NCBI GenBank assembly: GCA_976551045.1
Contig: CDPCPM010000133.1
Span: 1,054,001-1,118,000, forward strand
Source: Glaucostegus cemiculus
Taxonomy: Eukaryota
DNA: 64,000 bases
Direction of reading: 5' to 3'
Positions 37,101 through 48,200 of this stretch are shown in pieces. The notes below the pieces were generated by a model. That model saw only the letters and a program-made list of their open reading frames with translations, was not told the DNA's origin and searched no databases. Numbering within the stretch: position 1 is the stretch's first letter; each line of letters begins with the position of its first letter. A program made the translations under genes and the position numbers.

Positions 37101-39863
37101 TGGGACAGTTAACTTCAGTAACCCATAGTTATCTACAAAGCAATTAAACAAGTCACTGTCCTAATCCAAAGTTTCAAAGTAAACATATGGTTCAATTGTG
37201 ATGTTTCTACCAACGTGTAACATAGGCTTATATTTTGATGCAGGATGAAGGATTTGTATCTCATTGAAACTATCACTTCCAGAGAAGGCCAGCATCCAAT
37301 GGAACGACATGTAGACCAAGTTAGTACCTCCAAGGCAGTCTCTTGACAGGAGAAAAGGAAAATTAGAAAATGACTGCAACACACAAAGCACACAGAGGGC
37401 TAAGTATTCAGCAAGGACAATGTGACTCCCTTGTATTGATTTCTTGCAGACTGATGCATCATGAGGAGTCATGACCTCCAATCAGTGATGCAATGAACTT
37501 GCACCAGCTGCAGCACACTATACCCCAGGAATCACCAGTTTAAACAGCAACCGCTCCTGTACACAGCCATATCACACCAACAGATGGCACTTGCTCCAGC
37601 AACAATCTCAAACGAAGGCACCCACTCCAGTCCCTTGTTCTAGAACTCACTGTGAAATCCATCAACTACTAATTATCACTTCAGGAGATACAGGTATCTT
37701 ACTCCTTTTGGCAGTATGCATGAAAAATACTCCAATGAGAAAAACAGTTCCAGAAATCACTCAATTTACTTCCAAACAGGACCTAGATTAGAGATTGTAG
37801 TACATGCAATATTGACTGCAGATAATGATTATCATAAAACAGATTGCGCAATGTAACTAATTCTTCGAGTTAAAACAAGATTTTGTAGAAATTTCCAGAG
37901 TCAATCTGATAAAAGCCCTGAAGTAAACCACATACACTTTGCTTGAACTCCTTGTGCTTCATTTTGAAATTGACTTTGTTAAAAGAACCCACTAATCAGA
38001 TACACTTTACAGATGCAAATCAACATGCAATGCTAGAACTGCTCCTGATATCTACTTTCAAGAAAAGGAATCAGTTTTTCCTCTCTTTAAGGTCGCCATT
38101 AGCTCTTCAAACAACAGCATCCCTATGGGTCCAGTCAGTAGGGAAGGAAATCTGTCCTCCTATCTAACCTAGTCTTTAAAAGACTCCGCCACGATGGTAA
38201 TGTGGCCAACTTTTACATGGCCTTTGAAATAACATATCAAGCCACTCAGTAACATCAAATTAGCATGATTAAGTACAAGAAAACTGATGGGCTACCTTGC
38301 ATTGACCTAGACACTGAACTCAGACACAAGGAAGACACTTACGGCCCCATTAACCTCAACTTCCTTCAGAACAGGATTCCCCAAATCCTTTCCACCATCT
38401 TCAGTGCACACATTTAGAATGTGATGGAATCCTCTCCACATGCAAACTCCAACAACTCTAAGAAACTTAACAGCATCCAGTTGAAAGCAAGCTTCTTGAC
38501 TGGCACCACTACCTTCACCTTAAACACGCACTTCCTCTATAACTGGTACACCATGATTATGTTGTATACTATCAACAAAATACACAATAAGAACTGGCCA
38601 CATGTCCAGTAACTAAAAGAGCACGTACTGCAAACATATGAAAAGCCACCACCTGCAACTTATCATCCAAGTTGTGCAATGTCCTGACGTGAAAATGTGT
38701 CACTACTCTTTTATCACTGCTTGATCTAAATTCTGAAACCATCTCCCATAGTGTTGTTGGGTAACACCTTCACTATGTAGTTACATCAAATCCAGAAAGT
38801 GGCCACCACCACCCAGAGTCATAATGTCAAAGAAATGTTTGGTACAGAAACACGCCCTTTGACTCAACTCTTCCATGCCAACTGCGATGCCCATCTATGC
38901 TAATTCCATTTGCCCACTTTAGGCTCATATCCCTCTACTCCTTTTATATTCAACTGTCCAAATACATTTTAAACCCTGCAATTGTATCTGCCTCCATCAC
39001 TTCCTCTGGCAGCTCTTTCCATTTAACCATCACCCCATGTAGAAAAACTTGCCCCTCAAATGTCCTTTAAATTTCTCCCCTCTCACCTTAAACCTATGTA
39101 CTCTAGTTTTAGACTCCCTCTACCCTAGGAAAGAGACTACGTATCCTATCTATGCCCCTACATTCCAATGAGAATAAACCCAGTCTCTCCTAAAATCCTC
39201 CATACCATGAAACATTCTGGTGAATCTCTTCTGCATTCTTTCTAATGCTACCTCCCTGTAGTGTGGTGATCAGAACTGTACACAGTACTACCAAGTGCAG
39301 CCTGACCAATGTTTTGTACATAACATCCCAACTCTTATACTCAATACCTTGGCCTACGAAGGCAAGCATACCAAATGGCTTCCTCACTACCCTATCCACC
39401 TATGTTGCCTTTTTCAGGGATCCAAACTTGCACCCCAAGAACCCTCTCTACATCAACACTCAAGGTCTCTGCCATTTATCACAATGTCCACAGCACATTG
39501 AATCTGCACCTTTAAAGCACTAAGGGATGGACGAAAAACTGGAATTGCCAGCAATGCCCACATTCCATAAATGAATAAAAGTCAATGAGCCACTTCTTCT
39601 CTTGGACTTGAGCGCACCTGGCTATTCATTACTGATCAGCCTCACCTGGAGATCAGATTAACAGCACCACTGGTTGTTCGTGGAGGGAAAAACTCCAGGG
39701 AGAACCAAGTGTCTCTGGATTCAATACGACGGCGCATCTTATCCTTGAGTCGGTCAGTATCAGGAGGAGGAGTTGAGCTGCGTGAACTTCCCCTGGAACC
39801 ATCGCTGGAGCCCTCATCAGATTTGGACGCACGCCCCATGTCTTTTGGTTCTTCAATCAGCAT
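30967..39863 (-). CDS. MTHFR: Methylenetetrahydrofolate reductase, complete CDS in 11 exons, 654 aa
   Basis: Motifs [88 protein letters not shown]; exon sizes 218/239/111/194/251/135/181/183/102/120/231 sum to 1965 nt. Confidence 0.98.
31592..31711 (-). CDS. MTHFR: MTHFR exon
   Basis: GENINNA...[27 protein letters not shown], 120 nt. Confidence 0.97.
32212..32313 (-). CDS. MTHFR: MTHFR exon
   Basis: AYLEFFTS...VNYQIVNVK, 102 nt. Confidence 0.97.
32458..32640 (-). CDS. MTHFR: MTHFR exon
   Basis: VACLPWND...TINSQP...[12 protein letters not shown], 183 nt. Confidence 0.97.
34044..34224 (-). CDS. MTHFR: MTHFR exon
   Basis: [18 protein letters not shown]...NNNGIK, 181 nt. Confidence 0.97.
34725..34859 (-). 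CDS. MTHFR: MTHFR exon (linker)
   Basis: RALPW...[28 protein letters not shown], 135 nt. Confidence 0.97.
35172..35422 (-). CDS. MTHFR: MTHFR exon
   Basis: [14 protein letters not shown]...[10 protein letters not shown]...WTEDP, 251 nt. Confidence 0.97.
35618..35811 (-). CDS. MTHFR: MTHFR exon (contains the A222-equivalent site)
   Basis: YPTGHPE...[15 protein letters not shown]...PGIFPIQ, 194 nt. Confidence 0.97.
35901..36011 (-). CDS. MTHFR: MTHFR exon
   Basis: DPLGDEW...YFDICVA, 111 nt. Confidence 0.97.
36695..36933 (-). CDS. MTHFR: MTHFR exon
   Basis: [20 protein letters not shown]...LKNILALRG, 239 nt. Confidence 0.97.
38300..39580 (+). mobile_element. Old LINE 3' end (CR1/L2 group) split by a CR1 insertion
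   Basis: RT C-terminal remnant (VMESSPH...[10 protein letters not shown]) at 38400-38815, with its 3' tail gccagcaatgcccacattccataaatgaataaaa resuming at about 39515-39580. Confidence 0.6.
38820..39500 (-). mobile_element. CR1 fragment (nested)
   Basis: ORF 39190..39399 [35 protein letters not shown]. Confidence 0.85.
39646..39863 (-). CDS. MTHFR: MTHFR first coding exon (Ser-rich N-terminus; acceptor at 39873)
   Basis: MLIEEPK...SSRSSTPP...[10 protein letters not shown]; AG|gtgag donor. Confidence 0.95.
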
Positions 39864-40767
39864 CAACAGTTACCTGCAAACAGAAAATCCAGCTTCTTAA
39901 TAAATTGAAACTGCTGATTCCATCCAATAAGTTGCATAAGGAAATGGTGCACAGGTACAAAACTTGTTTGGTCACGTAAGGCCACTCACTATATTTTCTG
40001 ATGTTTAAGGTTTGGAGGCTTCTTCCTCTCCTTCTCTCTATCCCACTCCACTCTTCCCATGTGTTTAATTGGCTGTGGGTCTTCTAGGGACCAAGTAAAT
40101 CTACACCTGGCATATTTCTAGCTTCTAACTCACATGGAGAACTGAGCCACATTCAGCAAATAAAAATCTAAAAGCTTCTAATTTCTGATGGTTATTGTTG
40201 ATCAACTGAGAAATCAAGGCTACCTTTAACACATTTACCTACTTTGAAGGTCTGTAGTCAAAAGTGCAGTGATCCTAGTGGAGCCTCTTCTCAGTGGTAG
40301 AATTGACTGTGCCAGCAATCTAAGTCACCATTTTACTCCCTCACATAACACATATTTCCACCAGGCAAAAAGAGACAGATGCCCAGAAATCCTCACAACT
40401 GATCTAACATTGGGCAGCATATCTTACAAATGATAATCAACTGAATGGTGTTGCTATTTGAAGCAAGATATCTTGAATTTGTAATCCAGATAAAATGGAA
40501 TTGCAGCTTTGTAAATAATAAGATGAGTCAGTTCTCAAACTCATTCAGCCTTTCAATGGGAGTAGGACTGATACACAACTTGACTCATATATGCCCCTCC
40601 CTACACCTTCAATGAGAGACTGTAATAAGGGTGGGTAGACGGCGTAAGAAGCAAGACTTGAAGACCTCAGACAGGAAGGGACTGGGGTTGTGGCTGCAAG
40701 AATGACATTCACTGATTGACTGTTAGCTCCACACTGTTAAACTTGGGTCCAGCCATTCAGTCAGCTT

Positions 40768-41720
40768 CACAAGACAAGGGAGCAGAAGTAGGCCATTCGG
40801 CCCATCGAGTCTTCTCCAAAGGGAAGGGGGGTGGGGGAAAGGAAAGAAAGAAAAAATAAACACTTATTCTAACCTCCAATTCCAGCCTTATCTCTGTATC
40901 CCTTGATACCTTGACTAATTAGATATCTATCTATCTATCTCCTTCTTAAATACCTCCAATGATCTGGCCTCCACTGCTTTCTGTGGCAAGGAATTCCATA
41001 AATTTACCACCCTCTGGCTAAAGAAATTTCTCATCTCTGTTTTAAACCTGTACCCTCTAATTCTAAGGTTGTGCCCTTTGGTCCCGGACTCCCCCACCAA
41101 GGGAAACAGTTTGGCCACATCTACTCTGTCCAGTCCTTTCAATATTTTAAATGTTTCTATGAGGTCCCCTCTCATTCTTCTGTACTCCAGTGAGTACAGT
41201 CCAAGTGCCGACAGACGCTCATCATATGTAAGCTCTTTCATCCCAGGAATCATCCTTGTGAATCGCTTCTGATCCCTCTCCAACATTAGTACATCCTTCC
41301 TAAGATATGGGGCCCAAAACTGTACACAGTATTCCAAATGAGGCCTCACCAGTGCCCCGTATAGCCTCATCAACACTTCCTTGCTTTTATATACTATATC
41401 CCTTGAAATGAACGCCAACATAGCATTCGCTTTCCATACCGCCGATCCGACCTGGTGGTTAACCTTTAGGTTATCCTGTACGAGTACCCCCAAGTCCCTT
41501 TGTGCTTCTGTACTTCCAATTTTATCTTCTTCTAGATAGTAGTCTGCCTGTTTATTTCTGCTTCTGAAGTGTACAACTGCACATTTCTCCACATTGAATC
41601 TCATCTGCCATTTCCTCGCCCATTCCCCTAGACTAACTCTCTCTGCAACTTTCCTGTCTCTTCAATACTCTCCACTCCTCCACCAATTTTAGTGTCATCC
41701 ACAAATTTAGCCACAAAGCT
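40768..41720 (-). mobile_element. CR1 LINE 3' fragment, about 950 bp, young
   Basis: ORF 40927..41604, 225 aa: MRFNVEKC...RDLGVLV...LYGALVRPHLEYCVQFWAPY...WNSLPQ. Confidence 0.95.
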
Positions 41721-44700
41721 TCTCAGTTCGATGTCACAATTTGTACTTTTTCAAGTAACGGCTGTACAAGAAATATTGAAGGATGCAATCTCAGGGTAGA
41801 GATTAACAAATCAAACTCCTTCCTTTTCCCAAATCCCACTGACCTTATTCCCACCCAGCCCCTTTTTCTCTCTGCGCCACCGCCCCCCCCTGCAGACCCT
41901 CATTCTGTCGAGTATCTCCCCTTTATCCTCATCTCCCTGTGAGTATGGTCTCTTCCTCAATCCTGTATCATCTTCCCAATTCTCACCCCCCCCCCCCCCC
42001 CACCCTGCATTGCACCCGATGGACACACTCCCTGAAGTTACCTTTTGGGGTCCAAAGTCTCACACTTGCAACTGAAAAATTGACAGAATTAGCAAACTAT
42101 GCGAGTTTAATCCATCAGAGCACACACACCCATCTCTACACTCTCTCTCACTCCGTCTTCTTTTTTCTTTCTGCTTCCTTCTTCTCATTGTGTTTTCCTA
42201 AGTGGCGCCAAGGATACAAAAAATCTTTCCCCATCATATCGTTGCACTGTACCAGGCGCCATGTCACTTTAAAGAGCATGGCCCCTTTTATTGGAGGAAA
42301 ATCACATAATCTACTGAACTCACATACACAAAGGTGAACTACGCACACACAATGAACAAAAGTAGACTCTCAGACAGCAGACCCCATTCTCTTACGGAGT
42401 GCAAAGACCTTGTACATATAGATTCCACACGCACTCCATCTCTGAATAATTTATTGATTATGTGGCTGAACACTTAATTAGATAGTTTCAGGCATATGTA
42501 GAGACAATCTCCTCCCACAGCTCTGGAAAATCGGGGTGCAAATATGCTTTCATTTCATCTACAGAACATTATTTCCCTAACCCAAGGAAAAGGAAATCTC
42601 TCTTCTGAACCAGCAACTCTTAGATTAAAATCCTGTTTTGGAAACAAAACAAAAATCTAGGCCTAACTAAAATCCCACCCATCACTCACAGCCAAATACA
42701 AACTGCAATGCACTCATCCTAACACTGATCCTGCAGCCTTTTATTCTACAGTGATTATTCCATTGGTGTGGAGAAAGGGCATATAAATTCAAAAGGGTAA
42801 TCAGAAATGTACACTTCATGTAACAATACTCAGAACCCCATGAAGAAATGCAAATCCTCAAATTGGGAGTTACTGCTGATAAAATGATATCCTTGCTGCC
42901 TTGACATTACAATGTAGTTAATTGGGTAACAACCATCAGAAGGTTACACCATCGATTCCCAACTTCCCAAAACAAGCGCTTGTGACAGCAACCTGCAACA
43001 TTTAGTGCCCCAATCCGAGATTATGACTGAACCCACTGGACTGAGAATGAGTCACAGTCTCATGTCTCAAAGAGCATCTGAAGCTCTAACATTACACATT
43101 TGGAGTTCAGTGACAGCAAAAGATTAATGTAGCTCTCTTCATGACAAATCACTAACCCACTTACTCTTCTACTGCAGACTCAAACGCCATCTGAAACCCA
43201 ACTCTCATAATTGGTCTGCAGTAGACATGCTGTAAAATGAATGGCAAGCTGAATTTAAGAGATCCAATCTCATCGAAGACTGAATGACCTCTATTCTTAG
43301 ATGCAGAAACAGATGCTCACAAGCTCTACCACCTGCTGGCAACAGCACCAAAAGCAGGACTGAATCCTAGTAACTGAAAACTATCCTCAGAGTAACAACG
43401 CAAAACAATTCACTGAGTAGACACAAACAGACCACAAATATAGGTCATTTTTTTATATCAAATTATGCCACAACCAATCTCACTGCTCCAACAATCGTTT
43501 CTATAACCTTTTGAAGTAAGTTAGAATATAGTGTGCAGTTTTAACCTCTGTATTGAAGGAACATGGACAATTTAGATTCATTACATTAATTCAAGAGTTG
43601 GGGGTGCTGAATGGGAGAGTTTCTACTCCCTGGAGTTAAGAATGAGGAGTGATCTTATTGAAACATTTGACAGAGTGAAACAACACACAATAAGCCGGAG
43701 GAACTCAGCGAGTCAGGCAGCATCTATGGAAGGAAATGGACAGTCGACGTTTCGGACCGAGACCCTTCATCAGGACGCAGTGGCTGGTGTTCTACTTGCA
43801 GAACAGTGGAGCAGTGGGACAGTGCCCGGTAGTGGCGGGGTCGGGGCGGGGAGAGGGGTCAGCTATTCAGAAATGCTGAGCAGATATTCCTTCAGTGAAG
43901 ATGTTTGTGAATTATTGAAGTCTCTGTAATTTCAACCCTAGAGAGTGTTTTGGATCCTCAGCTGCTGAATACATTAAAAGCCAAAAATCAACGCATTTTT
44001 GAATTCCCAGGGACAGGGGCAAATCATGCAGGAAAGTGGACTTTGGAGACGGAATAGCATGATTTTACTGAATGGTGGAATAGGTTTGACGGGCCACGTG
44101 AAAGTTAAAAGGCCGCAGATGCTGAAATAAAAACAGGAAATGGTGTTTCAACTCTCGATAGCCGTGCAAAGACAAAAAGTAAACTCCGATTACGTGCATG
44201 GGCACTGTGACCCCCTCCTCATGCATTTCTTACACTCGTGTCTACCTGAAGTCCTTCATCCCTGGTATCACGATGCACCCTGCCTTCCCCCTGTCTTCAT
44301 GGCCATTTCAGAAACCCCATGTCCAACGTGCATCCTCACAAACTTCTCAAGAGTTTCCCGCCGCTTTTAACCCCCCCTCCCCCCAAGTTGTTCTTTTCCC
44401 CCAAACCCCGTTCGTAGTCCCACGAAGCCCACGTTCTCCCACAGCTTTCCTACTTCAGCCCTCTCGGCGGCAAACCTCCTTCTGTCCCCCGGCCGCCCAC
44501 CTCACCCAGTCCCGAAGTCGGTCTCCCCGACGTCTGGTGCACCCCGGAGTCGGAATGGGCCGACTTCGGGTGGTGAGTGAAGGAGGTTTCGCCCCCAGCC
44601 TACCCGTGGAAACCGCCGAAACATTCCGAGTCGAGTGGACGCCCTCCGATAACGGGACCGAATCACCGCTCCCTTTAAAAACGACAGTCAGACCGCTGAA

Positions 44701-44912
44701 GTCCAGGAGGATGCAGTCAGCCGGTCAGACATCCCCCCCCCCCCCCCCGGCTTCCACCGAGGGACCCACAGCCGCAGGGCGCTGCCCACCCCACAGCCAA
44801 ACCGCGGCGGGAAGGCGAGGGCGAACTCGCCCGCGGGGGGGTCAAGCAGGCGGGATGGAGGCCAACTGCCCTCCCGCCCTGTCACACAGACACCACCCCC
44901 GGCCTAACTAAC

Positions 44913-45030
44913 CGCGTCTGGAACCGGAGCCCGACCACTTCTCCCCTCAGCCCATCGCACCCACCGTCACTAAACCCAGGCAGACCGACGCCCACATCCC
45001 GCTCCCGATCCCGCCGCCAAGGCGCATGCG
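44913..45030 (-). other. MTHFR: Candidate MTHFR non-coding first exon (alternative donor at 44506)
   Basis: The first coding exon starts at a splice acceptor (39873). Minus-strand donors CG|gttagt (44913) and GG|gtgagg (44506) lie in the CpG island. TSS unknown. Confidence 0.4.
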
Positions 45031-45081
45031 CGCCGCCGGGCACGCGCGGGAAAGGCGCGCCGCCGGGCACGCGCGGGAAAG
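45028..45081. repeat. Perfect 2 x 27-bp tandem repeat in the promoter
   Basis: gcgcgccgccgggcacgcgcgggaaag twice. Confidence 0.95.
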
Positions 45082-45194
45082 ACACGCCGCGCGCGCACCG
45101 CCGGGCTGGCGCTCGGCAGGAGCCGCCCTTCCCGCCGTGTGATTGGTCGATTTATAAGCACGTGAGCTTGGGGGGGCGGGTCACATGGGCGGCG

Positions 45195-45281
45195 ATGGCG
45201 AGTGGTCGAGGTCTGCGGCGGGGCTGCTGCTACTGCTGTTGCTGCTGCGGGGAGAGGGAGGGCCGCAGCCCCGAGGAGCTG
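45195..45281 (+). CDS. CLCN6: CLCN6 exon 1
   Basis: [32 protein letters not shown]|gtgagt. Confidence 0.93.
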
Positions 45282-48200
45282 GTGAGTGATGGCCGGCGGG
45301 TCGGGTTGTCTCGCTGCTGTGGCGCGGGCACCGGGATGGGGTCGGCCCCTTTGCCCCACAAAGCGATCGCGGTCTAGGAGGGGGGGAGGTAAATGAAAGC
45401 TCCACAGCGGCTTGCCTCAGGCTGACACCCGCCCCCAGGCTCTGCATTCGCACCGGGCACTTTCCAGCCGTAGTCTCGGCTCCCCACATCCACACACCGG
45501 GCATTCTTCCCGTGTGCCTGCTGTGGGCTGCAGCCGTTGCAAAGTCCGACCGAATGAATAGATGTGGGCCGTTTTTGATGTCACAGGTAGTGGCTAGTAA
45601 ATCATTGCAAGCGTGGAGGCTTCAAAATAGGTGTAGAATGACTGGGCAAAAGAGGTGGCAGGTGTAGGGAAGTGTCAAGTTATTCACAATGGCAGGGCGA
45701 AAAGAAAAGCAGAACATGCACTGAAAAGTGAATGGATGTTGGTAATGAAAGGGGGTTTTGAGGGCTTTGTACACAGCTCATAAAGTTAAACTTTGCAGGT
45801 GTGGGGATAATTGGAGCAAATTGTACGTTTTCCTTATATAACGATTAAGGAAATGTTTCTGTGATTACGTCAGGTTTAAGTGAAACTGCACATGGGGTTC
45901 TTTGCATTGTTTTGGTTTCCTTGTGTATGGATGCATATATTTGTCTTAAAGGATATGGAATTAAGATTTTTCTTAAGCTTGAATCATGAGATGAGAGGGC
46001 CATCCATGAGGGGAAAATGAGTAGAATATTCTCTATGATTCTGAAAAATGAGAGGTGATCTCACTGAAGTTATAGCTTTCTTAAGGAGATGCTGAGAGGC
46101 AGTTTTCTCCAGCTAAGGAGACTAGAACAGAGGGTTACAGTGTGTTACTTAGTCATTTAGGACTGAGTTAAGAACTAGCATGTTTGGATGTCTTTGGAAT
46201 TCTTTCATGGAGGGCTGTGGTTGTTCAGATATGTTCAAATCACATCAATAAACTTTTGGGACTTGAATATGGAGATCAGACTGTAATGTCATAGAGTCAT
46301 TGAATATACAAAACAGAAGCAAGCAATTTGGCCTTTTGTGCCAGTTAATAAAGAGCTATTTAGGCAAAACCCACTTTACAGCTCTCAGTTTGTAGTCTCA
46401 TAGGATGTAGCTCAGGAATTTTTCATCTTCAGTTTTTTTTGCCTTTAAAGAATTGAGGTATAGATTCAGTCCACTTTGGGAACAAAATGTTTTCATCACT
46501 GTCATTGTAATCCTTTACCATTATCTTAAATCCATTCCCTTGTATGGAATGGATGTTGAAGTTCTGCTCCAAAACCAAATACACTAAGGGGCAGATCAAG
46601 CTTAAGGGGTTGTATGAGCTTCTCTTAGTTCTTCTGCTTCCCCCCCCCCCCCCCAAAGGTTTCGCTGAAACAGATGAAACTCTGAGAATGTGTGTTGTAA
46701 TGTCCAAGACTAGCTGTTGGGCCTGAATGGTTCCATCATTTCTGGGCTTGCTGATGGGATGGATTTGTTACAGAAAGATAGTAAGTCATTGCAATATTTT
46801 CCAGAAGTTGAGGCGAGGAGTAGTGTTGCAGGGTTTTAGTCCCCAGTGTATGGATGGTGTGGAGCATTGAAACATTACAGCTTCTGGGCAGCAGGGTATA
46901 AGTGTGACAGGACTGGGGGGGCGCAGGGGGGGGTGGTATTGGAAGATTAGTCTTGGTCAGCAGAGTGATAGTAATTGGTACTGGAAGGGTTGATAAGTTG
47001 CAAAATACTAATAGTGAGATTGTTGTCCTTTGCTTAGTGCCCTGATTGCACAATAGATATTGTGAAAATCTCCTGAAATTCTTGACTAGCTGCTCTAGTA
47101 TGAAGCTGTAATGATTCTCGATTTAAAAAAAAAAGGGAGAAGGAATAATGGCCGTTTGCATTAGAGATAAACATACTGGGAGGAAGAATAAGTTGTTTAG
47201 CCTCGAGTTTCTTTAGTTAGATCATGGCAATGTCAACCTCAACTCCATTTTCCCTTTTCTATGAATCCCTTGGTACCCTTACCCAAAATCTGGTATCTGG
47301 AAGTTCCAGTCCACACCAGCATTGAGTGGTGTCTTGGATGGGGCTAATGCAATGGATTGTTGAACTGGCTGTTGATTTTCTGTGAAGCCTTGTTTTTCTG
47401 CAACTGTTCTTTTTAATGTTGGTACCTACACCTTTTGAACTTTTGATTGTCTCATAGCTAACTGGGCTGGAAATAATGTAATATTGTATTTTTGTGACAG
47501 ACTATTCTGGGAGAGACACGGGAGGAAGAGGATGAAATTTTGCCACGCAAAGATTATGAGGTATACAATTGCCTGATGTGGAGGTGCATTCAATTTTTAT
47601 TTGTTCCTGTTTGCTGTATATAATACTCCCAAGGGAAAAAGGGAACAGACACTGGGGCAATGTCCTGCTTTTTCTTCCTCATTTTCTTACATCCTTTCTT
47701 TGTGTTTTGTCACCCACACTGCTGAGTCGAGCAAAGTGTTGTATATTTCTTTTGTGCCACAGAATTCTTTTTTGAACATAATTAAGCCATGCATCTGTTT
47801 ACATGATTTAATTGCTTCCCCCTTTGCTCAACTGATATTCCTTCCTACTTCTGGGTGGTCCTTTCACCTGTGAGAGGAGTAGCTTTCATCTTGAATAGAT
47901 GTTGCCCGATGTTAAATATATACTACATTATTACAACCTGACTACAGAGAAACTCCCTTGTATGAAAGTTCTGTTCCTTGCATTGAAGAAAGTGCAGTGT
48001 GTGATGGATTTTGCAGAAGGTCTGCATGACAGACTTCGTTATAGCTGAAAATTTCCCTTTTGGAGCCACGTGGGCAACTGTATGGCAGTGATTTCAAAGA
48101 GCTGCAAAAGGGAGCCAGAATAAATTGGTGTCTGTGAACCATGCAGCAATGTAGAAATGTATAAAAATTATATCCCAACCTGATGCAATCACAGCTGATC

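Larger units (their letters stand above)
44440..45500. promoter_or_regulatory. CpG island / bidirectional promoter shared by MTHFR and CLCN6
   Basis: Abrupt GC- and CpG-rich block in CpG-poor DNA. Contains NRF1 palindrome GCGCATGCGC 45022-45031, E2F-like GCGCGGGAAA x2, ATTGG (CCAAT) 45142-45146, TATAA 45153-45157, CACGTGA 45159-45165, GC box 45173-45180 and GTCACATG 45180-45187. Confidence 0.9.

Noticed and set aside
40927-41604. 225-aa ORF as a host gene
   Set aside because: 5'-truncated CR1 ORF2 C-terminus
44198-45504. Long Pro/Arg/Ala-rich ORFs (237, 129 and 107 aa)
   Set aside because: Expected by-product of stop-codon scarcity in a GC-rich CpG island
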